Of a stretch of DNA of 64,000 nucleotides, positions 50,467 through 59,155 are shown piece by piece. Origin of the DNA: Enterobacteria phage T6; sequence record MH550421; one strand, written 5' to 3'. The notes below the pieces were generated by a model. That model saw nothing but the letters and a program-made list of their open reading frames with translations. It had not been told where the DNA came from and made no database searches. Both the position numbers and the translations under genes were made by a program. Numbering within the stretch: the first letter of the stretch is position 1; the number at the start of each line of letters is the position of its first letter.

Positions 50467-50781
50467 CTAAAAGAAACTTCTTTCACAATTTTTTCCACTG
50501 AACCACGCGCTCACTGCTTTCTTAGTCTCAGGAGCAGTGTTATCCATAAACCATTCAAAGGCAGCCTTTTTATGATTCTGGAGGGCTTCTCGGGCTTTAA
50601 TCTGCTCGCGGTCTATTAACACTAACATATGAGCCTTTCTTGTCACCAGGGGCTTCTTATGATTTTTTGAATACTCCCAATCATTTGTCCATCGCATCGT
50701 TGTTGCGAATTGAAATACAGCTTCTTTAATCTTAGTTTCGTAAATTTCACGAGCCTTTGAGTATAACATCATTACCTCCAT
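50467..50781 (-). CDS. hypothetical protein, 104 aa
   Basis: ORF. Confidence 0.45.
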   Translation of the reverse strand: MEVMMLYSKAREIYETKIKEAVFQFATTMRWTNDWEYSKNHKKPLVTRKAHMLVLIDREQIKAREALQNHKKAAFEWFMDNTAPETKKAVSAWFSGKNCERSFF

Positions 50782-50851
50782 TTACCAGTTTAATTCTAGT
50801 CATCTTTTTGATGGCAGTCCATATAATCTATTTCTGAACTGCCTTTTTGTC

Positions 50852-51571
50852 TTAGGATTCTTCTAAATGTCTTTTCTGAAAAGTTGATACCATACTACGA
50901 TACGGTTCATTTGGATATCCGTGTTTTATAGCTTCCTTTGTAAATTTTCTCCATCCATATTTAGTTTCTTTCCAAAGCTCGAATAATTCATCTTCATACT
51001 GCCATATAGTTAAATGAGAACGCTTTGCAGCTTTAATTCCATTAATATGCTTTTCTTTTACTGTAGGATTGCTTAGTTTCTTTTTAATAATATTACTAAC
51101 TTTTCTAACAAAAACTGGGTCCTTATATCGTTGCGAAGTTTTTATTGAAGTGTTTAATTTAGCTTCCGGCGTGGATGTGACCTCTTTCATCTTTTTCTTC
51201 ATATGTTGTATATGATTAGGATTTTTCCATAAATTTATAGAATGCTTTTTGCATTTTATCCTAGTTTCATCTGCAACCTTTCCTCCTTCACCCCCGTATG
51301 ACAGGTTAACACAGTTTTTTCCATATTTCAATTTACCTGCCATGATATATAATATTTCAGCTTGTACCATTTTATCATAATTATCAAAAACTTCTAAAAC
51401 CGTTTTTGATAATATGTGGTCATTTGACACTTTTATACGTTCTATATAATTTCCACTACCAACATACGAATCATTGATGTTATTAGTTATATGTCGACCA
51501 TAATAGTATTTCTTAATACCTGTCTTTAAATTTAATATTTCAGTTTTATAGATAGTAAAATATTTTTTCAT
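50852..51571 (-). mobile_element. free-standing GIY-YIG homing endonuclease (Seg-like), paralog of 40438-41268
   Basis: TIYKTEI...YYYG and HITNNINDSYVGSG match the GIY-YIG core of the other copy; start overlaps stop of AAA+ gene. Confidence 0.65.
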
Positions 51572-52536
51572 TTTAATAATACCGTTTCAGCGATTTCTTC
51601 CCAACCGTTTTTGTCGGTCATAATAAAGTCAGCAAGATAAAGTGCAGTACGCAGTGAAACATTGCGTAAACGGTTAACATTGACTTTCATCCATGATAAT
51701 GCTTTATAAGTTTCTTCATCAGAAAGACCGCGTTTTTGCATCATGTCGGTTGAAAGAATAACATCTTCAACCCTGACCATAATTTCTTCATTAGTGTGAA
51801 CACCCAAATCCAAATAAACTGAGCGGGACACTAATGCTTGTAAATGTGGAGCAAGTTTAGTACCACGGTCTAATTCGCGGTCAATGTCAACGTTTGTGAT
51901 AAAAACAATCGTTCCTTTAAATTCAAACTCACGCTCAATGCCTTTTTCTTCTAAGTAAGAAGATGCAGTGCTCCAGCAGACTTTACGGGTCTCTCCAGTG
52001 TCCAGAGCAGCTTTCAGAAGATTAAGAATGTCCATATCAGAGAAAACATCCACATCATCAATCAAAAGGACAGAATTTTCTTCACGATTATTCCAGAGCT
52101 GTTCATAAAGACCGATACCAGAGATTTTACCATTAATGCTTTTATATTCAATGTATCCAATATCATTTGCTTTATTTAAAGCTTTATCTAAAGAATACGT
52201 TTTACCAATACCTGCCGCACCAGAGATAATTAATGAACGAATGTTTCCGTTAATAATACCGTTCGTCATCATTCCCATAACATTAAATCTTTTATTAATG
52301 CGGGTTTTCATATCTTCATATGATTCTTTAACTTCTTCAACTTTTACACCATCATATGAAATGTCTGATTTGTAAACCCAAACACCGCGACGCTTACCGT
52401 CAATTTCAACAAAAACTTTACCATCTCCTTGTGCATCTACCGGAGCATTGTCTGGGAACCATTCGCCTAAGAGCTCAAAAGTTCCAGAGATTTCTTTACC
52501 GAAGTAGATACCCTTATTGATAGTTACAGTTTTCAT
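51568..52536 (-). CDS. AAA+/P-loop ATPase, ~323 aa
   Basis: Walker A GAAGIGKT, Walker B LLIDDVD, sensor-1-like TIVFITN; ATG at 52536 downstream of promoter. Confidence 0.6.
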   Translation of the reverse strand: MKTVTINKGIYFGKEISGTFELLGEWFPDNAPVDAQGDGKVFVEIDGKRRGVWVYKSDISYDGVKVEEVKESYEDMKTRINKRFNVMGMMTNGIINGNIRSLIISGAAGIGKTYSLDKALNKANDIGYIEYKSINGKISGIGLYEQLWNNREENSVLLIDDVDVFSDMDILNLLKAALDTGETRKVCWSTASSYLEEKGIEREFEFKGTIVFITNVDIDRELDRGTKLAPHLQALVSRSVYLDLGVHTNEEIMVRVEDVILSTDMMQKRGLSDEETYKALSWMKVNVNRLRNVSLRTALYLADFIMTDKNGWEEIAETVLLK

Positions 52537-52570
52537 TTTATTCTCCAAATCCGTATCAGTTGATAGTTGT

Positions 52571-52600
52571 ATAGTACCATAAAGCTTTATGCTTGTAAAC
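52571..52600 (-). promoter_or_regulatory. sigma70-type early promoter
   Basis: rc GTTTAC (52595-52600), 18-nt spacer, TGGTACTAT. Confidence 0.7.
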
Positions 52601-52624
52601 AACTTTGTGAAAAATTTTTGAAAT

Positions 52625-52650
52625 AAAAAAAGGGAGCCCGAAGGCTCCCT
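52625..52650 (-). terminator. hairpin terminator downstream of NTase gene
   Basis: gggagcc-cgaa-ggctccc preceded by A-run. Confidence 0.7.
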
Positions 52651-52651
52651 A

Positions 52652-53665
52652 TCATTTATAATAACTTCGGTGGTTTTCAAGATAGACCTTCTCAAGGAAG
52701 TCATCCCAGAAACCCATGTCTACTTTTTGCTGCATACCGTTCTTAGAAGCTTCAGTAGATGCTGCTTCTACTTGATCGACCACATCTTCCAAAAACTCTT
52801 GAACTGTTTTAAACGGATATTTACCCAACTTCACGTCGAGAATAAATGGAGCATCTTTGAGTGGATAGACTAAGTCACCAGTTTTGTAAATTTCCAATAG
52901 TTGGAGTCCACCACGACAAGCATGACTCAAAGCTTTCCAGTCAATGCCTTCGTTGGCTTCGGCCTTACGAGCGCGTTCACCATATTCAGCATCTAATTTG
53001 TTCAGTGACTGCTTAAGCTCAATAAGAGAAAGCGTTGTCTGATATTTACGACCCAACACAGTGTAGAACGTTTGTGGGCCTGTTTTCTCATGATTATGGA
53101 ACACCCATTCACAGAATTCGTTTTCTGGAAGACGATGCTTAATATCTTCAACTTTAGTGCGACGCTGCTTAATAGAACCATCTTCTTGGTAATCAACCCA
53201 TTGCTCAGGGATTTGATTAACTACTTTCAATACATCACGTAATGCAGCCAAACGAGAACCCTTAACACCGTATTTAGAAGCTTGCTTGCGGACATATCCT
53301 AAATAGGATTTCATGTTAGTCGTATAAAAACGAGAACGGTTGTCTTGAATAAACTTCCACACATCAGGCAAATCAGATTTAACCACTAGTTCAGGTGGAG
53401 TGTGAAGCATATCCAACGCTACAGTTTCACCATCTGCTGCTAATTTAAAGAAATACTTAAGACTGTATAGTTCATGGTCAATATCATCTTTAGTGTTTTT
53501 AGATGATGTGTTGTTAGTGTTTTTGCTCATGTGCTCTTTGACGTTTCCGATAAGAATATCGCGAGCAGGAGGAACAAAGATTTCTTTAAAATCTACATCA
53601 GATTCTGGGGTAGAAGTTCCATAAAGATGACTACCAAAATAGCTTTTCATTACTGTTTTCATCAT
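52652..53665 (-). CDS. polymerase-beta-superfamily nucleotidyltransferase, 337 aa
   Basis: N-terminal GS-x10-DVD (FGSHLYGTSTPESDVDF) and downstream acidic residue (VALDMLH); start overlaps upstream membrane ORF. Confidence 0.55.
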   Translation of the reverse strand: MMKTVMKSYFGSHLYGTSTPESDVDFKEIFVPPARDILIGNVKEHMSKNTNNTSSKNTKDDIDHELYSLKYFFKLAADGETVALDMLHTPPELVVKSDLPDVWKFIQDNRSRFYTTNMKSYLGYVRKQASKYGVKGSRLAALRDVLKVVNQIPEQWVDYQEDGSIKQRRTKVEDIKHRLPENEFCEWVFHNHEKTGPQTFYTVLGRKYQTTLSLIELKQSLNKLDAEYGERARKAEANEGIDWKALSHACRGGLQLLEIYKTGDLVYPLKDAPFILDVKLGKYPFKTVQEFLEDVVDQVEAASTEASKNGMQQKVDMGFWDDFLEKVYLENHRSYYK

Positions 53666-54123
53666 TCAGCCTTATATTCAATAACAGGACATACTTTAGC
53701 TTTACGAGCTTTTAAAAATTCAACGATAATCGATTTCTTGGGTTGAATAGGAGGTAAACCTTTATACGCTCTATCAATATTTTCTACGTGTAAAGCATAA
53801 TCCTTTTTCCATTTATAATCTTTATATTTTTCACGCAAATGTGCAGGAATAACAAATGAACCGATAATAAGTAAAACAACCAAAAGCGCAAGTATAAATG
53901 CCGATGGAAGAAGAGTCCATAAACTACCGAAAATAAGCCAACGTTGTAGGCTTTCTGCACAAATAATTGTTAGACCTACGAGTATAGCACACCCAAAAAT
54001 AGAAACGAAAAATGTAGGAATGGCAATAGACCAAAAATATGCGCATAGTGTCTTAGGTCGTTGCCATTCATCGTTAAACAATTTGAATAATTTATAGTGC
54101 CAAGAGTTTTCATTAATAATCAT
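53662..54123 (-). CDS. membrane protein, 153 aa
   Basis: two or three predicted TM helices; translationally coupled to NTase. Confidence 0.5.
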   Translation of the reverse strand: MIINENSWHYKLFKLFNDEWQRPKTLCAYFWSIAIPTFFVSIFGCAILVGLTIICAESLQRWLIFGSLWTLLPSAFILALLVVLLIIGSFVIPAHLREKYKDYKWKKDYALHVENIDRAYKGLPPIQPKKSIIVEFLKARKAKVCPVIEYKAE

Positions 54124-54125
54124 AA

Positions 54126-54647
54126 TTATCCTTTCATTGAAGGCGTAACGATTGTTAAATACTTAATCATAGCTTCAGCTTCTGATTTTGATAATGAAAT
54201 TTCTCCATTGTTTTGACGAATAGAAATAAAATCCGGATGACGGTCACCACCAGCTTTTAAAACACACATATAAGTATCAACTTCGCCTTCAATATTTGAA
54301 ATGATTGAAGCAGTTCCACATGAATGTGGTTTTTGATAAATCAATACAGCTTTTCTTCCGCCATTTGACTGCTCATAGGCTTTTAATACATCAAACAAAT
54401 CGCTTCTTTTATCAATAGCTAAAATGTTATTTTCATCTTCAATGTTAAATCCTTCAGATACTTCATAAAGCGTTACCCATAAATCACCAATATCAATAAC
54501 AGCATTTACTTTTCCACGGCTTTCAAGAGTATGACAAATTTTCTTGATTTCGTCATAACTCATTTTAATAATATCATCTCCTTGACTAAGGAAGATGTCA
54601 TTTTTAAATTCAACACGAATTAAACCGCTTCCACTTGAAATAAACAT
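54126..54647 (-). CDS. hypothetical protein, 173 aa (paralog pair)
   Basis: shares GFNIEDEN and C-terminal EAEAMIKYLTIVTPSM motifs with next ORF. Confidence 0.5.
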   Translation of the reverse strand: MFISSGSGLIRVEFKNDIFLSQGDDIIKMSYDEIKKICHTLESRGKVNAVIDIGDLWVTLYEVSEGFNIEDENNILAIDKRSDLFDVLKAYEQSNGGRKAVLIYQKPHSCGTASIISNIEGEVDTYMCVLKAGGDRHPDFISIRQNNGEISLSKSEAEAMIKYLTIVTPSMKG

Positions 54648-54653
54648 ATTTCC

Positions 54654-55217
54654 TCACTTTGAAATCATAGTTGGAATAACAGAATCAAGATAAGTCTTTA
54701 GTGCAATAGCTTCGTCTTTGGTAAATGTGACAATATGTGCTCGAGAATCATCAATTTGGCGAATAGTTAAGACATCTCCTTCTTCATAACATTTTGATAC
54801 ATTTAAAACAGTTTCATCATTCTGATCGCACTGATCGCAAGCGTTAGTAATAATAGCATTGCAATTTTTAAGCCATTTTAAACTATGTTTTCTTTCATTA
54901 GAATAATAAAAATATTTAATGTAAGTTATAAAATTATCCCAATTATTAATTGATAAGCATATTGACTCGCTTTCAATGTTAAATCCTGGGCATAAAGAAT
55001 AGAAATGAATTTTATGCTCATCATTAATGCTTACAATTTTATCAGTGTAAGGTTTTTCAATTTGGGTTAAATGAATAATTTCGCTAGGCGTAAAATATAG
55101 CATATCGTCTTCTTGCGTCAAACGATACATATTATTTACTTTTTCTATAGCCAATTCACCAAAAAGTGAACTAACTTCTAATACTAATCGTTTCATATTA
55201 ATCCTTTTTATTGGCAT
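54654..55217 (-). CDS. hypothetical protein, 187 aa (paralog pair)
   Basis: GFNIESES and C-terminal EAIALKTYLDSVIPTM motifs. Confidence 0.5.
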   Translation of the reverse strand: MPIKRINMKRLVLEVSSLFGELAIEKVNNMYRLTQEDDMLYFTPSEIIHLTQIEKPYTDKIVSINDEHKIHFYSLCPGFNIESESICLSINNWDNFITYIKYFYYSNERKHSLKWLKNCNAIITNACDQCDQNDETVLNVSKCYEEGDVLTIRQIDDSRAHIVTFTKDEAIALKTYLDSVIPTMISK

Positions 55218-55476
55218 GAATTTGTTCTAAAATTTTAGAATATTCCTTTGTATCAGATTTACGTACAATTGATACACTATAAGGCATACTATCGGTGTCT
55301 TTTATAAAGCGTTCCAAATGACACTCTAACAAAATTTCTGGATTATAAATCGTGTACATCAAATTACCTGTTGCTCCACGATATTGGCAGATTTCTACTG
55401 ATTGAACATCATTCCATAATTTTGTTAAGACTAAATCACCTACTTCTAATTTAGGAAAGCCCATGTTATTCACCAA
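55198..55476 (-). CDS. hypothetical protein, 92 aa
   Basis: ORF. Confidence 0.45.
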   Translation of the reverse strand: MVNNMGFPKLEVGDLVLTKLWNDVQSVEICQYRGATGNLMYTIYNPEILLECHLERFIKDTDSMPYSVSIVRKSDTKEYSKILEQIHANKKD

Positions 55477-55651
55477 TTAAAGTTTCAATATAAGAATCAA
55501 GATTTACTTTAGCTTCTTCCATAAGAGTTTTGTATTTAATCTTGTTAGCATGTCCGGAGAAAGCTGATTCATCAATAATTGTTGATGTATGAACAGCTTT
55601 ACTATACGTCTCAATTAATTCTCTTAATTTAAAAGCCTGCTCACTTGTCAT
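55466..55651 (-). CDS. small acidic protein, 61 aa (small paralog family)
   Basis: MTSEQAFKLRELIE... shared N-terminal pattern. Confidence 0.45.
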   Translation of the reverse strand: MTSEQAFKLRELIETYSKAVHTSTIIDESAFSGHANKIKYKTLMEEAKVNLDSYIETLIGE

Positions 55652-55783
55652 TACATACTCCTTTGAATAATATCAATAATGTTGTTCACCAGATTATAAG
55701 TAAACATTGGGTAATTATATTGAATCATCACATACACAACAAACAAAACTTTCATTCTCTTCTCCTTGGCAGTTGACAAGATT

Positions 55784-55813
55784 ACTATACCATAACCTTG
55801 CCAACTTGTAAAC
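55784..55813 (-). promoter_or_regulatory. sigma70-type early promoter
   Basis: rc GTTTAC (55808-55813), 18-nt spacer, TGGTATAGT. Confidence 0.65.
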
Positions 55814-55989
55814 CATTAAATGACGTTTTCGATAAAATTCTGAAGCTTTGTATGAGCATCAACCATGATTTTCATTTCTTCTTTGGCGAAAGCTGTACCT
55901 CTTTCCCGAGAAGAACACTCATAGTCAGAAACTGCATTAGCATATTCTTCAATTAACTTCATTAAAAACATCTGCTTTTCAGTTTTCAT
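55813..55989 (-). CDS. small protein, 58 aa (small paralog family)
   Basis: MKTEKQMFLMKLIEEY...; ATG at 55989; below track cutoff. Confidence 0.35.
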
Positions 55990-56173
55990 TATTCCACCTA
56001 ATCATTTCAAGATATTGAACTAACTTAGCTTTGGATTTATCCAAATCCTTTTTAGCTGCTTCTATACCGTCGTATGAATATCCTTCACAATGCTCAACTG
56101 CTAATTGATATGAATCTATTTCAATATCACGTGCTAATTTAATGATTTTTTCAAACTGTTCGCGTGTTAGCAT
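55979..56173 (-). CDS. small acidic protein, 64 aa (small paralog family)
   Basis: MLTREQFEKIIKLARD... Confidence 0.45.
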   Translation of the reverse strand: MLTREQFEKIIKLARDIEIDSYQLAVEHCEGYSYDGIEAAKKDLDKSKAKLVQYLEMIRWNNEN

Positions 56174-56175
56174 AA

Positions 56176-56379
56176 TTAAACTCTCGTATTATGATCGATA
56201 ATTTCATCAAGAAACATATCTAACGCTTCTACAGCATTATTAACTTTAGCTTCAAATTCTTCAATACTTTTATTTGCAATGCCTGACGAAAACCAAGCAA
56301 AGTCACTAAGTTCCTCATCTGCTTTACGAATTAAAGCTACTAATTCCTTAATTTTATCCGCTTGTTCGATACTAATCAT
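56176..56379 (-). CDS. small acidic protein, ~67 aa (small paralog family)
   Basis: [16 protein letters not shown]... from ATG at 56379, coupled TAATG overlap with upstream gene. Confidence 0.45.
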   Translation of the reverse strand: MISIEQADKIKELVALIRKADEELSDFAWFSSGIANKSIEEFEAKVNNAVEALDMFLDEIIDHNTRV

Positions 56380-56567
56380 TATTCCACCACATATGAAAGA
56401 GAGAATATTGCACACGCCATATGAGTTGCAGCTTCATCACACATATTATAACGTTTCTTAAGAAGTTCTACAAGCTCTTCACTGGTAACTTCATCCATGT
56501 CGACGAAAAAATCACCATTAATGATGACGTAGATATTTCCTTCTTGATTAAGTGCTTCAATTTTCAT
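56379..56567 (-). CDS. hypothetical protein, ~62 aa
   Basis: ATG at 56567 with GAGGAG SD; longer track N-terminus is translated promoter. Confidence 0.4.
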   Translation of the reverse strand: MKIEALNQEGNIYVIINGDFFVDMDEVTSEELVELLKKRYNMCDEAATHMACAIFSLSYVVE

Positions 56568-56595
56568 GATGTTCTCCTCTTTATCTGATAGTTGT

Positions 56596-56625
56596 ATAGT
56601 ACCACAGCTCAAACGGAAAGTAAAC
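56596..56625 (-). promoter_or_regulatory. sigma70-type early promoter
   Basis: rc GTTTAC (56620-56625), 18-nt spacer, TGGTACTAT. Confidence 0.7.
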
Positions 56626-56633
56626 CGGTAAAA

Positions 56634-56660
56634 TGAAAAAAGTCTCCCGAAGGAGACTAA
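56634..56660 (-). terminator. hairpin terminator
   Basis: agtctcc-cgaa-ggagact preceded by A-run. Confidence 0.7.
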
Positions 56661-56662
56661 TG

Positions 56663-57049
56663 TTATTCGAGGGAAAGAAGATATTTACTTTGGTAAAACA
56701 TTCCAGTAATATCATCTATCGTGCTTTGGATGGCTGGAGGCATTTCTTTATAAATGCTGTTAGATTGGTCTAGTATGCGATCAATCATTTTAATTGTGTC
56801 GGTAGGAAGTTTACTGGCATCTGGAATTGAAGGTGTGTATTTTCTACCAGAATACCCCAAATATTGCTCACCAAATTTATCAATCAAATCTGGCAACTCG
56901 GAGAAAATAAAATCGTATGCTTTGTGTCTAGCATAACTTTTAGTTTCAAAATGTGCAGAATGAAAATAAGCTTGTGCAGCCATTAATAAACCTAAGTATT
57001 CATCTGCCTTTGAAGGTTTTCCACTTTGTGAAAAGTCGCTGAATTTCAT
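56663..57049 (-). CDS. hypothetical protein, 128 aa (rI.-1 position)
   Basis: ORF immediately downstream of rI with overlapping stop/start. Confidence 0.5.
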   Translation of the reverse strand: MKFSDFSQSGKPSKADEYLGLLMAAQAYFHSAHFETKSYARHKAYDFIFSELPDLIDKFGEQYLGYSGRKYTPSIPDASKLPTDTIKMIDRILDQSNSIYKEMPPAIQSTIDDITGMFYQSKYLLSLE

Positions 57050-57339
57050 TCAGTCTCCAATTTAATGTTCATAATTCTAGCGTATGATTGTGCCATCTCC
57101 GCGCCTCGCTCTATACATTCAAAATCAGAAGAGCACGGGTCATTTTTATAGGTCGTTCTCATAAAACTATAGAATTGTTCAGACGATTCTACGCTTTTAT
57201 TTTCAAAAAGCATATAAACGTGCCTAATACCAGATTCCATAAATTTATCAAAATGAGGATCGACATTCGCTTCAATCGGTGGAGATAAAACAAATGACAA
57301 TCCTAGCATGGCAAATAGTGCCGTTGCTTTTAAGGCCAT
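57046..57339 (-). CDS. rI: lysis inhibition regulator RI
   Basis: 97 aa with signal-anchor MALKATALFAMLGLSFVLS..., recognised as T4 RI. Confidence 0.85.
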   Translation of the reverse strand: MALKATALFAMLGLSFVLSPPIEANVDPHFDKFMESGIRHVYMLFENKSVESSEQFYSFMRTTYKNDPCSSDFECIERGAEMAQSYARIMNIKLETE

Positions 57340-57351
57340 AAAGGCCTCCTA

Positions 57352-57564
57352 TCATTTTTGTCCTGTATTTACTTTATGCCGATGCACGGCCTTAACTTTA
57401 TCAAGGTATTTTTCAAAATTTCGCAATCTAGTATAGTCTGCCGGAGATTGGTTGAGTGATACTTCTCGACGCAAAGCTGAAATGATATTTCCAACTTCCC
57501 TACGAATTTCATCTAATTGAAGCACAGTAAGATTGCGAAGTTGCTTTTCAGTTAATTGTAGCAT
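57352..57564 (-). CDS. hypothetical protein, 70 aa (rI.1 position)
   Basis: small ORF. Confidence 0.4.
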
Positions 57565-57604
57565 ATACCCCTTTAGTTAGATAAACCTATTTATAACTTT
57601 TGCA

Positions 57605-58186
57605 CTAACCGAGCTTTTTAGTTAATTCATTCCAATGTTTTCTACACAAAGAAACATAAATTTCATCACCAATACAGATTTGATTACCTTCTTTAACTGG
57701 TGTTCCATCTTCCATTAATCGAGCTGTCATAATCGCTTTTTTGCCGCAATGACAAACTGCCTTTAGTTCAATAAGTTTATCTGCAATCGCTAAAAGTTCT
57801 TTAGAACCTTCAAACAATTTTCCAGCGAAATCAGTCCTTAATCCATAAGCCATAACAGGAACATTATATGTATCAACAATTCGACTTAATTGATGCACCT
57901 GTTCAGTTTTTAAAAACTGAGCTTCATCTACAAATACGCAATGAATATCTTTTTGTGCTTCAGCCCATTTATAGAACTCGAAAATATCCATATCATCTGT
58001 AATAATATTCGCTTCCTGCTTAATTCCAATGCGAGAAACAACTTCACAGACAGAATCGCGAGTATCAATAGCAGGCTTAAGAACTAATACACTCATTCCA
58101 CGTTCTTTATAATTATGTGCAGCAGTTAAAAGAGAAGCAGATTTTCCAGCATTCATTGCTGCATAAGTAAAAATTAAACTCGCCAT
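57605..58186 (-). CDS. tk: thymidine kinase
   Basis: 193 aa; P-loop NAGKSASLL; zinc cysteines near C-terminus. Confidence 0.9.
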   Translation of the reverse strand: MASLIFTYAAMNAGKSASLLTAAHNYKERGMSVLVLKPAIDTRDSVCEVVSRIGIKQEANIITDDMDIFEFYKWAEAQKDIHCVFVDEAQFLKTEQVHQLSRIVDTYNVPVMAYGLRTDFAGKLFEGSKELLAIADKLIELKAVCHCGKKAIMTARLMEDGTPVKEGNQICIGDEIYVSLCRKHWNELTKKLG

Positions 58187-58187
58187 C

Positions 58188-58376
58188 TTAGTCCTTAGTT
58201 AAATTTTCTAAATATGTTTCTAAATCATTTTCAGCTTTATCGATAGATTTTACTAATTCGTAATATGTTTCGGCATCTCCATATTCAGAAGATATTTCAA
58301 AAGACAAATCCTTTTCTAAACTAATAATTTCACCAACTAAAAATAATATTTCGTTCTTTTGCTCGCGAGTAATCAT
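58188..58376 (-). CDS. small acidic protein, 62 aa (small paralog family)
   Basis: MITREQKNEILFLVGEII... Confidence 0.45.
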   Translation of the reverse strand: MITREQKNEILFLVGEIISLEKDLSFEISSEYGDAETYYELVKSIDKAENDLETYLENLTKD

Positions 58377-58558
58377 AAGGAATTTATATAATCAATGAGT
58401 TCTTGTTCTTTATTATCGAATTCTTTAGAAAGTTCTTCGTACTCGTTTGCACTAAAAGGACCGCATTCATTACAAACTTTTTCCAATTCACTATTTTTAT
58501 CCATAACTTCGTGGATAAGAGAAAAGAGTTTGTCTTTTTGTTCTTTGCTTAGGCTCAT
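58373..58558 (-). CDS. small acidic protein, 61 aa (small paralog family)
   Basis: MSLSKEQKDKLFSLIHEV... Confidence 0.45.
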   Translation of the reverse strand: MSLSKEQKDKLFSLIHEVMDKNSELEKVCNECGPFSANEYEELSKEFDNKEQELIDYINSL

Positions 58559-58728
58559 ATATTAATTTCCAAAAGTTTTAAAATAATTCGCTTTTGCTTA
58601 AATATTTCCACAGTTAAATGATCAGTATCTTTTTGACCAATTCCAATGGCAAAACCTTTATTAACAGCGAGTTCAATTAAATTATCAAGTTCACGTAACA
58701 CTTCATATTGTAACTCAGAACTATTCAT
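58555..58728 (-). CDS. small protein, 57 aa
   Basis: ATG at 58728; stop overlaps next start (ATATGA); below track cutoff. Confidence 0.3.
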   Translation of the reverse strand: MNSSELQYEVLRELDNLIELAVNKGFAIGIGQKDTDHLTVEIFKQKRIILKLLEINI

Positions 58729-58952
58729 TTCGGTTTACCTTCTTTAACGAAATCTGGATAAGGATAAAATCCCGAATAAAATCCTTCACCTTTATGATTG
58801 ATACATCCTTTATTAGAACAATAGCACCAATAATCGAAATCACAAGCCATTTCATCGTTGCATAAAGCAAAAACAACCGGCCATTTACACTTTTCACAAT
58901 GGGCATTTTTAAGAATACTAGTTTGGCTCATAACCATGTAACCTTTAAGCAA
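58725..58952 (-). CDS. Cys-rich small protein, 75 aa (possible zinc binding)
   Basis: multiple Cys/His: CEKCKW...CNDEMACDFDYWCYCSNKGCINH. Confidence 0.45.
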   Translation of the reverse strand: MLKGYMVMSQTSILKNAHCEKCKWPVVFALCNDEMACDFDYWCYCSNKGCINHKGEGFYSGFYPYPDFVKEGKPK

Positions 58953-59155
58953 TATTCTTCTACATGCTGTTTACGACCTTTCTTATCAATAAAGGTATAT
59001 TCAACGAATGTTCCAATGTAGTCTTTATCTACATCATGTGGACTATTAATTGGACATTTAGTACGGCAAATGCGTTCCCATTGACGAATAATTACTGCCT
59101 TATTCTTTGGGTCATATGGATGTGGATAATGTATATTCATAATAATGGTTCCCAA
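58928..59155 (-). CDS. hypothetical protein, 75 aa
   Basis: small ORF. Confidence 0.4.
   Translation of the reverse strand: MGTIIMNIHYPHPYDPKNKAVIIRQWERICRTKCPINSPHDVDKDYIGTFVEYTFIDKKGRKQHVEEYCLKVTWL

Noticed and set aside
52537-52704. Long N-terminal extensions in the ORF track containing the peptide GTIQLST (51568-52704, 49879-50466, 56379-56612) and similar extensions at 7067-7618 and 46437-47489
   Set aside because: The shared peptide is the translation of the conserved early promoter and terminator sequence, not a protein motif. Starts were moved to the first ATG downstream of the promoter that has a Shine-Dalgarno.
57331-57350. Possible hairpin ggcc-ataaa-ggcc overlapping the rI start codon and Shine-Dalgarno
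   Set aside because: Only a 4-bp stem, so too weak to call a translational control element from sequence alone.
58721-58906. 61-aa ORF overlapping the Cys-rich 75-aa ORF in another frame
   Set aside because: Almost complete overlap with 58725-58952; the Cys/His-rich frame looks more protein-like. Both cannot be resolved without expression data.
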